Part shown: positions 28,143 through 41,792 of the stretch, in pieces
Layout: every line of letters starts with the position of its first letter
How positions within the stretch are numbered: the first letter of the stretch is position 1
From: Octopus vulgaris
Taxonomy: Eukaryota
Direction: 5' to 3'
DNA: 64,000 nucleotides
NCBI GenBank assembly: GCA_951406725.2
Contig: OX597822.1
Coordinates: 53,444,001-53,508,000 of the forward strand
Translations under genes and position numbers: made by a program
The notes under the pieces: model-generated
What the model saw: only the letters and a program-made list of their open reading frames with translations
What the model was told of the DNA's origin: nothing
Databases searched by the model: none

Positions 28143-28520
28143 TGGAGGCGCAATGGCCCAGTGGTTAAGGCAGCGGACTCGCGGTCATAGGATCGCGGTT
28201 TCGATTCCCAGACCGGGCGTTGTGAGTGTTTATTGAGCGAAAACACCTAAAGCTCCACGAGGCTCCGGCAGGGATGGTGGTGATCCCTGCTGTACTCTTT
28301 CACCACAACTTTCTCTCACTCTTACTTCCTGTTTCTGTTGTACCTGTATTTCAAAGGGCCGACCTTGTCACTCTGTGTCACGCTGAATATCCCCGAGAAC
28401 TACGTTAAGGGTACACGTGTCTGTGGAGTGCTCAGCACGTTAATTTCACGAGCAGGCTGTTCTGTTGATTCGGATCAACCGGAACCCTCGTCGTAACCGA
28501 CGGAGTGCTTCCATCCATCC
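28143..28520 (+). mobile_element. tRNA-derived SINE family C, full length with TSD
   Basis: A box TGGCCCAGTGG, B box GGTTTCGATTCC, (CCAT)n tail. 12-bp TSD ATTTCATTTACG at 28131-28142 and 28521-28532. Confidence 0.9.
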
Positions 28521-28619
28521 ATTTCATTTACGCACAACAGATTAGACAGTCGAAAACAATTACTTACATCGAACTACAAGTAACCTTAGATGCCATGGAC
28601 TTTCCTATGTTTCTTAGTT

Positions 28620-29440
28620 GCTCTTAATAACACTGTTTTCTGAAGCTGTACCACACTAGATTTTATGTTTATTTCCTATCTTTAAGAATAGTTCCTAATG
28701 CACCTGTAACTACAGGGATAATTTTTACCCGCATTTTCTGTAACTCAATAGCTAAACCCTGGTACTTTACCATTTTCTCAGTACTTCTCATATTAACTTT
28801 TTCATCATTTCTATTCTCTTTGTCTAATACAACTAAATCAGACCTTCTAGCTTCTATTACTCTGTCAGTCTGAATGTTAAAATCTTACATCTTATACTTC
28901 TTACTCTAAAGCACTTTACTAGGTTAATGTTCATACCACTTATCAGTATGGTCAAATCATATCTTTCTACATATCTCCCAGTAGATTAGTCCCCCTATGT
29001 TATGTCTATCTTTCTGTGCCAGCATACTACATTTGCTATATGAGTTTCACTTTCTCCCTTTGATTTACATAACCTACACTGGGAATCTGCCTGGCTTTTG
29101 TCCATCTCAGCTTTTATCCAGTTTGTCTTCAATGGCTGGCCTTGTGCTGCTTATAACAAACTTTCGTTCTGAAACAGCCTTCTTTTCTTAACCACGACCA
29201 TGTCTCACTATTACTATTTTCTGGAAATCTACCATGCAAAGTTTTCTCTTGTGAGTCAGATAATCTTAATTCTTTTTTCTGGTTTTTAATCACATTTGGC
29301 TATTCGGTTTCCTTATTTCCTACTATTACATTAGCAGCTCTTAATAACATTTCCTCATTATTACCGACATAGGAGATTATACATACTCTAGCTAACTTCA
29401 CATAGTCTTCTACAGACATTAAACCTTGAAAAGGGTGTCA
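28620..29440 (-). pseudogene. Degraded R4/Dong-like LINE C-terminal region (zinc knuckle + restriction-like endonuclease)
   Basis: Minus-strand pieces CRLCKSKGESETHI, DFNIQTDRVIEARRSDLVVLDKENR and KYQGLAIELQKMRVKIIPVVTGALGT, broken by stops and frameshifts. Confidence 0.75.
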
Positions 29441-32214
29441 AGGCACTAGAAACCATTCAAGAGATAATTAGATTAGGATTTGTATTTAACAAAGAATTTA
29501 GAACACGCTTTTAAACAGGAAATTAGGTTGTAATATTTCCAAGGGCTTGTTTCGGTTGAGATAAACAGTCTCTTAACTTATATATTTGTGTTATTGTTTA
29601 TGATCAACTTTGAGGGAAACAAACTAACGGAATAAGCAATGCGATGAAAACACAAGCAATTGATTCTTACATTGGAGAAAGAACGCAATTTAGGGTTTGG
29701 GGGATGGGGAGGTAGATTTAGTCAATCAAGTCGGTTCTCGCTAGTAAACTCATTTAATTTATCGAACTCAGGCAAAGTCTACCCTGGTAAAATTTGAATT
29801 TGAAGCGTAGATAGATTAAATAATGTACGATGCTCCGTTTTTTGGTGCAACTCTGCCTTTTACATTTACTTGATAATGAATTTATGTTAATCAGCCTTTA
29901 CAATCATAATCGTTTTTTTTTTTTCTCGGATTCAATTGAATGACTTTTAATTAAAAGTCATTTTTAACACAACTTAACGTCGTTATTTCCATTTTTTAAC
30001 CCTAAGAACCTTCACCTTAGATTGTTTAATGCAATGTTACTTATAGGGTAAGGCCAGATTATTCTAAGATAGCTTGCGAGGTTTGAAAACAAGTGGATAC
30101 TGCAACAAAAACTAAGGATGAAATTATAACATATGTAAAAGGAAAAGGACCAATATGACGAAAGCAGCAATTGTGATTGTTGTGGTTATAATTGGCGTTG
30201 CTGTTGTTGTCTTCTTGTTCCTGTCTATTCTCATGCAGTAGACTTGTAATCAAAAGCATTCCAGCAAAATTAAGATAGTTTTTATAATTTTTAAGCTTGT
30301 GTAACCCCGTGGCGAACAATGACCAATAAGGATACAAATCCTAATTTGTTCTCATAAATAAAGAGGTGGGGAGGCCAAAAACAATTTCATTAGAATTTAT
30401 GAGTGGGGTATATGTCAATCTGAGAGACGCTGGTTTAAGGAACTCTGAGAGAAAAACAAACGTATTCGAGCCGAAAAGAATGACTGGGGAAGCTAGACAA
30501 GATATGGATGAGATATGTTTACGACACGCTAGATCATTACTTCTCAGTTTAAGAACCCATTCTAAGACACACAAAAAACTAGTCGATCAAAAGAGAATGA
30601 CAGGAGATACTGATTGTTGAGGGCATAATATATGTTTAGGACACACTGCATAGTGATTCTCAAAGAAAGTGTTAACATTGCCAGGAAGGTGGTGAAATAT
30701 TTTGCTGGAATACCAGGGACAAAATGAGAAATAAGGGCATTAGATGCATATTTTAATTGCCTTGGTTTTCAAAACTATTTTCAGTTTTTTATCAAGTACG
30801 TCAATTATTTGGTAATATTAGTGGTCGAAATATTGATTTGGCATTCCGTATTATATTCACGATATGACTTATGTGTAAGTGGTCTTTTAATGGCGACCAA
30901 TCTGTCAGCAGCTATTATTTGTTGTGTAGTTAATTTGTTGAATTAGGTTTTGAAAGATTGTTAGTAAAAGAAAGGGAGACGATAGTTAAAATAAAGTATG
31001 AGAAGCACTACCCTATATGAATATAATTACAGACTCAGACTACGTTAAGTACAATAAAGGTAGCTTCTCAGCGACATATCCACGATTCGGTTTTCATTCC
31101 GTTTCAGTCCAACCATATAAGTGATGGTATTTGGAAGAGCATAAATGTTACACTCTCTTATTTCCCTCACATTTTAATCTGCTGTCAAATTTTTATGTGA
31201 GATCAATGGATGGTGGTTGTGATCGTACAGCAATGGACAAGCTATTTAAAAGCCGATAACAAAAGTATTGATAAAAGATAAGAGATAATTCCTTTCACTG
31301 TACTCTTCTTTCTATACATAAAGTATTGTGCTTTGTGCACTTCTTAAAATATATTAATTATATCCAATATAGACTCTGTCTACTAGAGGTAACCTCACTG
31401 TTTACTAGAGGTAAAGTCACCTCCCTGTATAATCTCAAACCACTTTCAGTTTCTGATTGTTGTCAATTTATATCTATTTACATTGCTAAAACGTGTCAGA
31501 AAAGCATGAACGCCATACTCTGTCATAGGTCACAATAAATATGTGATGGATTGAAAAACAATTATGTTCAATCTGCCAGTACTCAAACAGTTGTACTCTA
31601 CGTAAGAAACACATTCATTCTGATTAAAGATGGACTTTATATAGTTTTTTTTCTCCTATAGTTATTAAGGTTATTAACTTACGATCCTTCAGAATCACCC
31701 TTTTCACTCTTATTTCTAGACGTGTCAAAAAACTGCAGCTTATTAGTAATTACTTCATATCCAAAATATATCAATATGACGTGGGTTTTTGTTAAAAGCT
31801 TCCTGTTTTCTATTAGATATAACATCTAACAACCATTCAAAGTCGAGATCAATAAACAGAGAGTATTTGCAGTAGAGTTGACTTAACTTATATAAAAACA
31901 CTAAACTATGATCAAACAGCCGAATCTAAAATGATTGCGACTGCATTCCCGCAATACCCACAAGCCAGGTTTTTTTTTTTGCTGCTGTTGTTGTTATTTT
32001 GTTTCTTTGTGTGCGTGTTTTATTTTTCTATTTTAGATTATTCTCACTCGACCATATTAGGTTGATGTGTCTTGAGAATTGATTGGTTTAGCAAAGCTTT
32101 TCTCTATGACATCTCTTGCTGTTGTCGTCATTAAAGTTACTGCAACCATCAAAACTTTCGCATTATTTCAAATGCAACGTGACATAGTGACAGAATCAAA
32201 ATAACAATAATAAC

Positions 32215-32268
<54 letters not shown>

Positions 32269-33038
32269 TAAATAGAATTCTGCTTTATTCTGCAGTCATT
32301 AGAAGAGCAAAATGCTGTGAATTTAAATGTAGGAATATCATTAGCGTAACCATTCAATGTTGATTTATTTTATTACGTTTAAACTATTCAAAAACACATT
32401 TTAGTTTTAAAGCGATAAAAATTGTATAAATTGACGAAAATGCATTTAAGAATGTATTTTTTTCTCTTCTGCATTTTTTTTTCTAACTCATATATTTGCT
32501 TCTTTTCCTCCTGATTTTTTTCGGGTTTCTTTTGGTGGAGATGGGGGGTTTGTATTTTTCGTTATTTTGTCAGATATGTCGAGTAATATTAAATATGATT
32601 AACATTTTCATTTTTATCAGTGTTTGGATATTTTTATTTTACTTTTTTATTTGGCTTTCTAGAACTTTCTTCTGTTTCAGGCATATTTGTACGTTTATAG
32701 CTCATTTTGTAGATGCACATATACTCGTATGTACACGTTGACATACACACACATGTATATGTATATACATATCTTTGTGTTTGTACGTGAGTGTTTGTGA
32801 GTGCGTGTTTTTGCGCATGAATACATCTATAAATATAAGAGTATATGAATGTGTATGTATATATAAGTATATGTATATATATGTATATTTATATATATTT
32901 ACATGAATATGTATATACATGCATGTGTGTTTGTTTATGTGTTTTCATACACACAAGCAGAAATTGAAAGTTTCCTTGCGACTCTGGTTTCACAGCACTG
33001 CGATCTCCATGCATTATCCATGTGCATATGTGTGTGTA

Positions 33039-33105
<67 letters not shown>

Positions 33106-33227
33106 TCTTTTTTGCCTTTTTACTTATTTTTGTACTTGACTGTCGCCATGACTTACTCTTTGCAAGCCTAGTACTTATTTTATCTGTCTCTTGCCGGACC
33201 ATCAATATATATATATATATATATATA

Positions 33228-33431
33228 AAATGTGACCTCATGTGTACTGTTGGCGATTTTTTTCCCTCTGTCTTCCCTTCTCTGGATCTTTCCTTCTCCT
33301 ATTTTTCCGACGAAGAGCTCCGCTCGAAACGTTAAACCCTCCTTCTTTCCTTCTTTCCTGAGCGTCCAATAATACTATATTTGTTCCACGTCCTCGCGTT
33401 GTTGTGTTTGTTTGTGCTTTCTTGTTTGGAT

Positions 33432-33435
<4 letters not shown>
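33228..33435 (+). mobile_element. Solo ~210-bp HHR-bearing element flanked by (TA)n
   Basis: HHR at 33304-33336: TTT-CCGACGA-AGAGCTCCGCTC-GAAAC-GTT-AAA. TA runs on both sides. Confidence 0.8.
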
Positions 33436-33527
<92 letters not shown>

Positions 33528-33761
33528 AGAAATACTAAATTTCTAAATCTCTCGTAGAGACATGTACGGTGGTGGGGCAACAGAATGGCCGCATACTGTC
33601 AATCTAACACGAACGTGACAGTAGGGGGGGTACACCACCGCTGTTTAGCCCTAGGAAGCATCGACGCCCCCTGACGGCTTTGACACATTTTTCCTGTGTC
33701 CTTATATACATTTATTTACATTTATTCGTAAATGTATATAAGGACACTTATTCTATATTCT

Positions 33762-34090
33762 TTTACTCGTTTCAGTCATGCGACTGTGATCATACTGGGC
33801 AACCACCATGGTCAGTGTGGCTGTTTAAACAGCACCACTCCTGCATGTGCGTTTATCCAACCTGTTGGTAAATTTGATGCATTATTGAGTTTGATTCTGC
33901 TGATCTCGTCTGTCCGTAATGTCGAGCTGTTGGATCATCCGGTATTATAGACAGGAGGATGTCTAATTCCTTTTTGAAGACGTCTACATACACCTCATGC
34001 AAATTTCTTAATTTATGTGGCACGGCATTGAAAAGCTGTGGGCCTTTGAACTCTAGACTATTGCCATACCTAGTCCTGAATTTAGATGGA

Positions 34091-34095
<5 letters not shown>
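33762..34095 (-). pseudogene. CR1-group LINE 3' fragment (ORF2 C-terminus + 3' UTR)
   Basis: [54 protein letters not shown], stop at 33853. The tail ends in GACTGAAACGAGTAAAAGA. Confidence 0.75.
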
Positions 34096-34127
<32 letters not shown>

Positions 34128-34193
34128 TATATATACATGTACATGTATACACATATATATATGCACATATATACATATGCACATATATACATA

Positions 34194-34252
<59 letters not shown>

Positions 34253-34310
34253 AAAAAATGAAGTTCGAAAATGCTGCTGTATTATACAATTTTTAATTTT
34301 TATATATACA

Positions 34311-34352
34311 TTATAACATGTTTCAGTTCCTGAAATGAACCTTATCAAAAAA
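34311..34352 (-). ncRNA. Type-I hammerhead ribozyme, U3-A8 variant, in the PLE 3' UTR
   Basis: TTTT-TTGATAA-GGTTC-ATTTCAG-GAACT-GAAAC-AT-GTT-ATAA. Confidence 0.7.
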
Positions 34353-34728
34353 AGTTATATATAAAAAGAGACAGCTCATGCCGTCAAACACAAGAAATTC
34401 ATTTATAATACACAACGGAGTCAGACATCTTAGAGTTCATGTATAGTTGATATATAGTTCATGTATAGTTGATATATAGTTTGAAGTATATGTTCAAAGT
34501 GTTCGATGCAGTGGCCCACGGTGGCGATACGTATTCAATACAAAAAACAGATCAAAGTGGTGGAAAGCGGTCAATACAGAAGATTGATGTTTCCGAAAGA
34601 GCGAGGAATTCATTTTTACCTTAAGCAATTGTGATGACCCATGGTGAAAGTTCGCTGGGTGGTTCTAGTGATTTTTTGTGAAATGCTTGGTTTTATAATG
34701 CCTGTTAGGTGGTCAATCTAGCGTAGCG

Positions 34729-35062
34729 TGACGTCATCAATGTTTTGACCAATCGTTTCGTTAGGTGGCTTTAATCAAGTGGAACGGGACGTCATCATTA
34801 TTTTGACCAATCGCTGCATTATAACTCCCTCTTGTTTGTTTCCTGTCTTGACCAGTCGCTTCGTTAGTCAAGCATAGCGGGATGTCATCCAGATTCTGCC
34901 CAATCACGACTTATAGCTACATTAGATCTGCCCCCTGTCTGTACTTGTTAGGTGACTATTCAAGCAGAAAAGGACGTCATCAATATTCTGACTAATGATT
35001 GTCCCCTGTTTGTATCCTGTCCATTCTAGCAGAGCTAGACGTCATCAACTTGTTGACCAATC
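34729..35062. promoter_or_regulatory. Five fixed-spacing CRE-like + CCAAT modules in the PLE 3' UTR
   Basis: GACGTCATCA-N6-TGACCAATC consensus at 34730, 34788, 34881, 34973 and 35038. Confidence 0.55.
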
Positions 35063-35232
35063 AGAATCGGGTCTGACCCTTAGCTGTATCGTATGTATCA
35101 GGGTCAGATTTGCACGAAATAATTTTTTTCCCGTTTTTTTACTAAGGCATATTTCCGTCAGAGTGAGTGTCTGTTTGAAGTAGTGGCCGTGGTGAAATTT
35201 GGTTCTCCTTTTCGGAGGACTTATCTTTTGTT

Positions 35233-36648
35233 TTAGTATTCCTGGCCCAGGGTGTTTAAACTTGGTCTAAATTTTTTTATGAAATATAGTTCTTTATTTT
35301 GGCGTTGTGTGAAGGTTGCGTTGTCACTGAATTTATAGAGCGGGTTAGTTGTAAATTTCGGATTTACATTTCCAGCACATCTATCTATGTGTCCGCTGAC
35401 CGGTATTTTGCGGTAATCAGGGTTTCTAATTTGTGATTTATGCACCGCCATCCTGTTACGTAAGCTATTTTTTGTATGGCCTATATACTGCCTATTGCAG
35501 CCTGCGCATGTTATGACGTAAATTAAGTTTTCTGATGCGCAGGTGAAGTTTGTTCTAATGGTGAACTGGTGGCCTTGTTCCAGTATAAATTCTGATCCTT
35601 CTTTCAAGATGACACAGATTCCGCAGTTGGGCCTTCCACATTTTCTAACTGCTGGTTTTGTGGTTGATGTTGAGTGCAGTGTAGCTTGGGTTAAAATCCT
35701 TTTCAAGGATTTTGGTTGCCGTTTACTTTTAATGATGGTGTGTGTTTCGAGGATCCGGCTCATCTTTGGGTCTCCCTTTAGTAGGGCTGTGCTTTGTAGT
35801 ATGGTGTTGAAGGCCTCATTGTTGAGTGGGTTGTGTGTAGAGATGTAGGGCAGGGTTTTTAATTGTTCTTTCTTTTTTGGTTTTGTTTGTCTCAGGTCTT
35901 CTATACTTAATTTAAGTACCCGTTGGATTGCACTGTCTATTAGGGGCTGTGGATAGTTTCTATTTGTGAGTGTGGTTCTAAGTTCCTGGAGACGTGTGTG
36001 TCGGGTGTTTGTGTCTGATATTATGGTGCAAATCCTTCTAGCTAAACAAAAAGGGACATTCATTCTAGTGTGTCGTGGGTGGCATGAATCAAAGGGTAGG
36101 TACTGTTTAGAGTCTGTCGGTTTATAGTAGATATCTGTCTCTATTTTGTTGCCGGTTATCTTAATGAGGATGTCTAAAAATGGTAATTCTTTTTCGTTGT
36201 GGTCCATCGTGAATTGTATATTGTCATTTATTCCATTTAATAGAATTTTAAATTCCTCAAGTTTCTCTATGCCTTTGTCCCAGATGATGAAACAGTCATC
36301 GAGGTATCTTTTCCAGTTGTTATGGATATAGGTGGCGAAGGTGTTTCCATATTTCTCGAGTGTCATCCGGTATAGTATTTTCTCGAGGTATCCCATCACT
36401 AGGTTGGCAAAAGATGGTGCAGTACGCGTGCCCATCGCTGTTCCCGATCTTTGCCTGTAGAAATTATTGTCAAAAATAAAATAATTGTTCTCTAAAATGA
36501 ATCTAAGTCCTTCTATTATAAGGTCTTTGTTTATGCGAGTTGGGAGTTCAAAGGGGTAGTTATTCAGCCAGAAGGTGATTGCTTCTATTCCTAGGTTGTG
36601 AGGGATGTTAGAATAAAGATTAACTACGTCGAATGATACTAGAAGGGT
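35233..36648 (-). CDS. PLE reverse transcriptase + GIY-YIG endonuclease (partial, N-terminus missing)
   Basis: The frame stays open 71 codons upstream of the listed ATG (TLLVSFDVVNLYSNIP..YRQRSGTAMG). Then RYLDD, LPFLD, DIYYKPT, a Cys linker CGRPNCGIC and NLIYVITCAGCNRQYIGHT..R..H. 471 sense codons without a stop. Confidence 0.93.
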   Translation of the reverse strand, partial: TLLVSFDVVNLYSNIPHNLGIEAITFWLNNYPFELPTRINKDLIIEGLRFILENNYFIFDNNFYRQRSGTAMGTRTAPSFANLVMGYLEKILYRMTLEKYGNTFATYIHNNWKRYLDDCFIIWDKGIEKLEEFKILLNGINDNIQFTMDHNEKELPFLDILIKITGNKIETDIYYKPTDSKQYLPFDSCHPRHTRMNVPFCLARRICTIISDTNTRHTRLQELRTTLTNRNYPQPLIDSAIQRVLKLSIEDLRQTKPKKKEQLKTLPYISTHNPLNNEAFNTILQSTALLKGDPKMSRILETHTIIKSKRQPKSLKRILTQATLHSTSTTKPAVRKCGRPNCGICVILKEGSEFILEQGHQFTIRTNFTCASENLIYVITCAGCNRQYIGHTKNSLRNRMAVHKSQIRNPDYRKIPVSGHIDRCAGNVNPKFTTNPLYKFSDNATFTQRQNKELYFIKKFRPSLNTLGQEY

Positions 36649-36837
36649 ATATATATATATATATTATTTATATACATATATCTATACACACATATATATA
36701 CACATTCACATATATATATATATATACATACATTAAACGTTAAAGACTTTTTCACATCCCGAGCGTTAAACTAATACATCTGTTTGTTGTCTACACCACC
36801 TGTCTTCATCTTTTGTTTTTTTAAATTCTCCTTATAT

Positions 36838-36897
<60 letters not shown>

Positions 36898-37260
36898 ATA
36901 TACGCAGATATATATACTTATGCATGTATATATATATACATATACATATATACATACATATATATGTATAAATATATATACACATATATATACATACACT
37001 CATATAAGTATATATAACATATATAACTATATATACATACACGCATATAAATATATATATGTACATATATATATATACACACATAAATATATATATACAC
37101 ATATACATATATATATACATATATACATATGTATATACATGTTTATACATATATATATATACATGTTTATACATATATATATATATACATGTATATACAT
37201 ATATATATATATACATACATATGTACATATATATACATATATATATATCTAGATATATAT

Positions 37261-37299
<39 letters not shown>

Positions 37300-37865
37300 C
37301 ATATATATGTATATATATATAAATATGCATTGTCACATAATACACATGCATGCATATATGTAAGAAAATGCACGCATATACTAACATATAAGCATACATA
37401 CATGAACGTGCATATACACACACACACACACATAGACATGTCTGTGGGCACCCACGCACATGCATGTAGGTACATGGCTACTTTTCTGTGCAAAACTACC
37501 AACTGAAATGTTTTTACGTCTACCCGTTGAATCACTAATAGAGCGTCATCTGTACCGGCGTTATATATTTCTTTACAAGTATCCACATATGCAGGATCCG
37601 ACATCTTGAAACCCACTTCGACATCTTGAAACCCACTTTCTCCTCTTCGCGACGCAATTTGGATAGCAAAGCTTTGGACGTCAACACACCTTCAATTAAC
37701 AGTAGTATGAGATTGCATACCGATCTCTCCCACACTTTACTTCATGGCTTACGTCTATACATACATACTTGTAGGTACCCCTGTACCTACAAGCATGTGT
37801 GCTCAGTAATGCCTTAGCTCAGTAATAGTCTTCTTCAGTCGCGAATGGATATACATACATATGTG

Positions 37866-38139
37866 TTCCTTCTCGAGCCACGCCTGGCTCATAAGGACCG
37901 GTTTCCCGGTTTCATTGGCGTATAGGTTCCCCACCTGGTGAGCTGCAAGATGCAGGAGGAAAGAGTGAGAGAAGTTTGTGGCGATAGTGTCAGCAGAAGT
38001 TCGCTATTACCTTCTGCCGGATCCGCGTGGAGCTTCGATATTTTACTCATAAACACACACATCGCCCAGTCTGAGATTCGAACCCGCGATCCCTCGATCG
38101 CAAGTCCGCTTCTCTAACCAGTAGGCCATATGCCTCCAC
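37866..38139 (-). mobile_element. SINE with family C-like head and a different 3' tail
   Basis: Minus strand GTGGAGGCATATGGCCTACTGGTTAGAG..GGTTCGAATCTC; the tail is unrelated to 28350-28520. Confidence 0.75.
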
Positions 38140-38800
38140 ACATACATTCATACAATAGGGATGCCCAAATCGTTAATGACTGTTATTTCTTAATTATTTT
38201 CATTCATTTTATTTTATTCAGTTAGTATTTGAGTTTCATTTGTTCATTTGTCCGACTTTAGTACTCCGCGAACTTTCAAACCCTATAAATTGTCACCTTT
38301 TATTTAGTTTTCATAATCACTCATAATGAGTGGACGCTCATAACGAATTAGATATATGAAATTCATGTTTTTTCTTTCATCATTTTACATCTGCTGGCGC
38401 AATACGTCCGTTTGTCATACTTCATGGTCGATAGGAAGTTAGTGTGAGGACATTCAATTTGATTTGGTTTCGGAATTTTGCTATCGTTTAGGGTTCATAT
38501 ACGTTTAATATATATATAGATATAAGATCCAGGGATCGAGGTGTAGATAGAAAATTAGCTTTCTCCCCACATTTACACACCCCTCACATACTGTGTCCTC
38601 CAACATTCTCAATGGATCCTCTTTGCGTCAACATATACCTCCTTGCGATAATGTATCCTTTAATCTAATCAAACTATCCTTGGCCTGAAGAGAAATCAAC
38701 GATATACACCTCACATGGATTTTACCACTTCTGATGTGCCATTCATTGTGATACATATGTAGCCCGGATTTTCCATACTCCAGTTCGAAACTCTTGTGTG

Positions 38801-38840
<40 letters not shown>

Positions 38841-38952
38841 TACATACATACATACATACATACATACATACATACATACATACATACATACATACATACA
38901 TACATACGTATGTATGTATGTATGTATGTATGTATGTATGTATGTATGTATA

Positions 38953-39084
38953 TTACTTGTTTCAGTCATTTAACTTCTGCCATGGTGAGTACTTATTCTA
39001 TCGGTCTCTTTTTCCGAACCGATAAGTTACTGGGATGTAACCAACACCGGTTATCAAGCGTTGGCGGGGGACAAACACACACAG

Positions 39085-39122
<38 letters not shown>

Positions 39123-39280
39123 GACGAGCTTCTTTCAGTTTCCGTCTACGAAACCCACTCACAAGGCACTGGTTGGCGCGAGGCTATAGCAGAAGGCACT
39201 TGCCCAAGGTGCCACGCAGCGAGACTGAACTATTTGGTTGGGAAGCAAGCGTCTTATCACACAGCCACGTCTGCGCCCGC
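38953..39280 (-). mobile_element. SINE family B
   Basis: Reverse complement of family B with deletions. Confidence 0.8.
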
Positions 39281-40146
39281 ATATATATTTAATTTTGTTA
39301 TTGTCCTTAAATTCAAGTAAACGTTTTATTCCTAAACAACAAATAATAAGTATTCCTAAAATGTATTATTAAATATAATTAAAGGAAGCTAGCCTTAAGC
39401 TCTCCTAAATTTTATCATTTTCGACATCCTGCCTGACAGGCACAACAATGTAAAAGTTTTAAACAGCAAGCAACTAATCGTCCATTCTTTTTGATATGCA
39501 TAATAATTCACTGTACACTCTTTGACTTTCTTACCACTTATGGAACTAGTTAAACCTTTCTATTTTTATCTAAACCCCTCCTTTTTCCTTTCATTCTCAA
39601 GTAAAATTTCAGAACGTTACCACTTAATCAACCGTTCTTTTCGATCCATCCAATTTTGACCAATTCCAACGATTCTTTGATGCTCTTCAGAGATACATCT
39701 GTGCCCAATTATTACTCTTTTACTTAAAAATTTGTAACATAAGCCGCAACCAGCAATGGTTCAACGCCACAGAGGACAATTTTACGGCAAATATTTGATT
39801 CTAGACACGAATTGAGTTCATTGTTAAAATAATATTAGGGGTTTTGTATACCTGAAAATATTTATTTTTTAATTACACATTGTATTTATGTGTGATTTCA
39901 AATCTATATATATGAGTGTGATGTATGTATTTACGTATGAAATTGACACATATAGAAGTACATATACATCAGCGCCACCACCACAGCTATATATATAAAT
40001 ACATACATATGTATACATACATATATATATATACACACACACAAACAAACATTTATATATATATATATACATATATAAATATATACGTATATATATATAT
40101 ATACATACACACAAGCAAACATTTATATATATATACGTATATATAC

Positions 40147-40189
<43 letters not shown>

Positions 40190-40657
40190 TGGGTGTGTGG
40201 GTGTGGGTGTGTGTGTGTGTGCCTGCGTACGTGTTTGTATGTGCGTGTTGAGAGCTTTACGATGTGTCAGTTTGTGATTCATACACATCAAAACATTGAA
40301 ACGGACAATAGAAACCGGAGGGGACAATATAACAATACTTATGTAAATAAAACATTAATTTTCACGTACCTGAGTTAAACAGGCATTTATGATGTTTAGT
40401 CAATTTATATGAATACACACACACACACAGAGCTGTATGCGTGTATGCATACACACACACTCATATATATGTATACAGATTTATACACCTATACATATAT
40501 TAACATATTATGTGTATGTATATACGTGTTTGGGCGTGTATATACGTATACCTGTATCTGTGTTTTTGCAATGTGCAGAAGTGTGGATACTTAACAATAA
40601 TGTATGTACTATGTATGTATGTATGTATGTATGTATGTATGTATGTATGTATATGTG

Positions 40658-40765
<108 letters not shown>

Positions 40766-41792
40766 GACACAAGGCCACTAATTTCGGTGGAGAGGTTAAG
40801 TCGATTACATCGACCCTAGTATTCAACTGGTACTTATTTTATTGACGCCCACGAAAGGATGAAAGGCTGCAGAATCCATACATTTTGATGAAAAGCTTGT
40901 TGTTTACTTTTTTGTGTCCTTTTATTATGAATTCAAATACCCTTCCCTCTTTCCAAGAAATTAAGTACGTTAGACCATATAATCAATTATACCCAAGAAG
41001 GCGGTGAACCAGCATGGCCAGAGTCTAATGACTAAAGCTCGTAAACGAAAAACAAGCGGCGCCTGTATTCTTTTCTGTACGTGTATTTGCGCGTAATTTT
41101 TATGCGTCAATGTATCATTCTTTTTATGCTTACATATAAACATGAGTATGTTTTAGTAACATTGATGCTGTGGATATCTCGCTAAACTTTTTGTATGACG
41201 CGGAAGGTCACGGTTGTTCAGCATCAACATCATCAGCAGTAACATCGACATCGGGATCACCTACACATCCGAACTACATCAATTCAACACTCTCATCAAT
41301 ACCATCATTGACGGAGACATCAATAGCGCGAAGAATTTCATGATCTTTATATGGCAGAGGTAACGAAGATAGTAACACCATAACTTCACAAATAGAATCC
41401 CGTTACATCCTGAGCAATCTAGTAATCTCTCCAACTATACTACAGCAAGCTTTTCTTAGATGTTACGTTCTTCAAATAGCCGCCATTCTTATATGGCAAA
41501 CAATTTTGTAACTGTTGTCGGATCATCTACCACTTACCATCACAAAGCACTGTTACATCATACAAAAGAAAACACGAATATTTTTATACACTTCAAAAAA
41601 AGCATCAACGAAACAAGGAACTACATCATGGCTTTCAAACTTCAACCAACACTGCAATCCAGAATCACCAACATAGCGGAACAGTACAATATATTCAACA
41701 TCACAATCATACAGTACAGTGTATTCAAGAATACCATAGACAGTACAGTACAGTGTATTCAAGAATACCATAATCACAAATGTAGACATTGC

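Larger units (their letters stand above)
34249..36648 (-). mobile_element. 5'-truncated Penelope-like retroelement (Neptune-like) inserted in (TA)n
   Basis: RT + GIY-YIG frame, ~1-kb 3' UTR with a terminal HHR, and TA tracts at both junctions. Confidence 0.93.

Noticed and set aside
28143-28216. tRNA gene
   Set aside because: A/B boxes are present but the acceptor stem does not close, and the sequence continues into a SINE body bounded by a TSD.
30366-30620. 84-aa ORF or possible RTE remnant
   Set aside because: Only a vague resemblance to RTE C-termini; too decayed to support a call.
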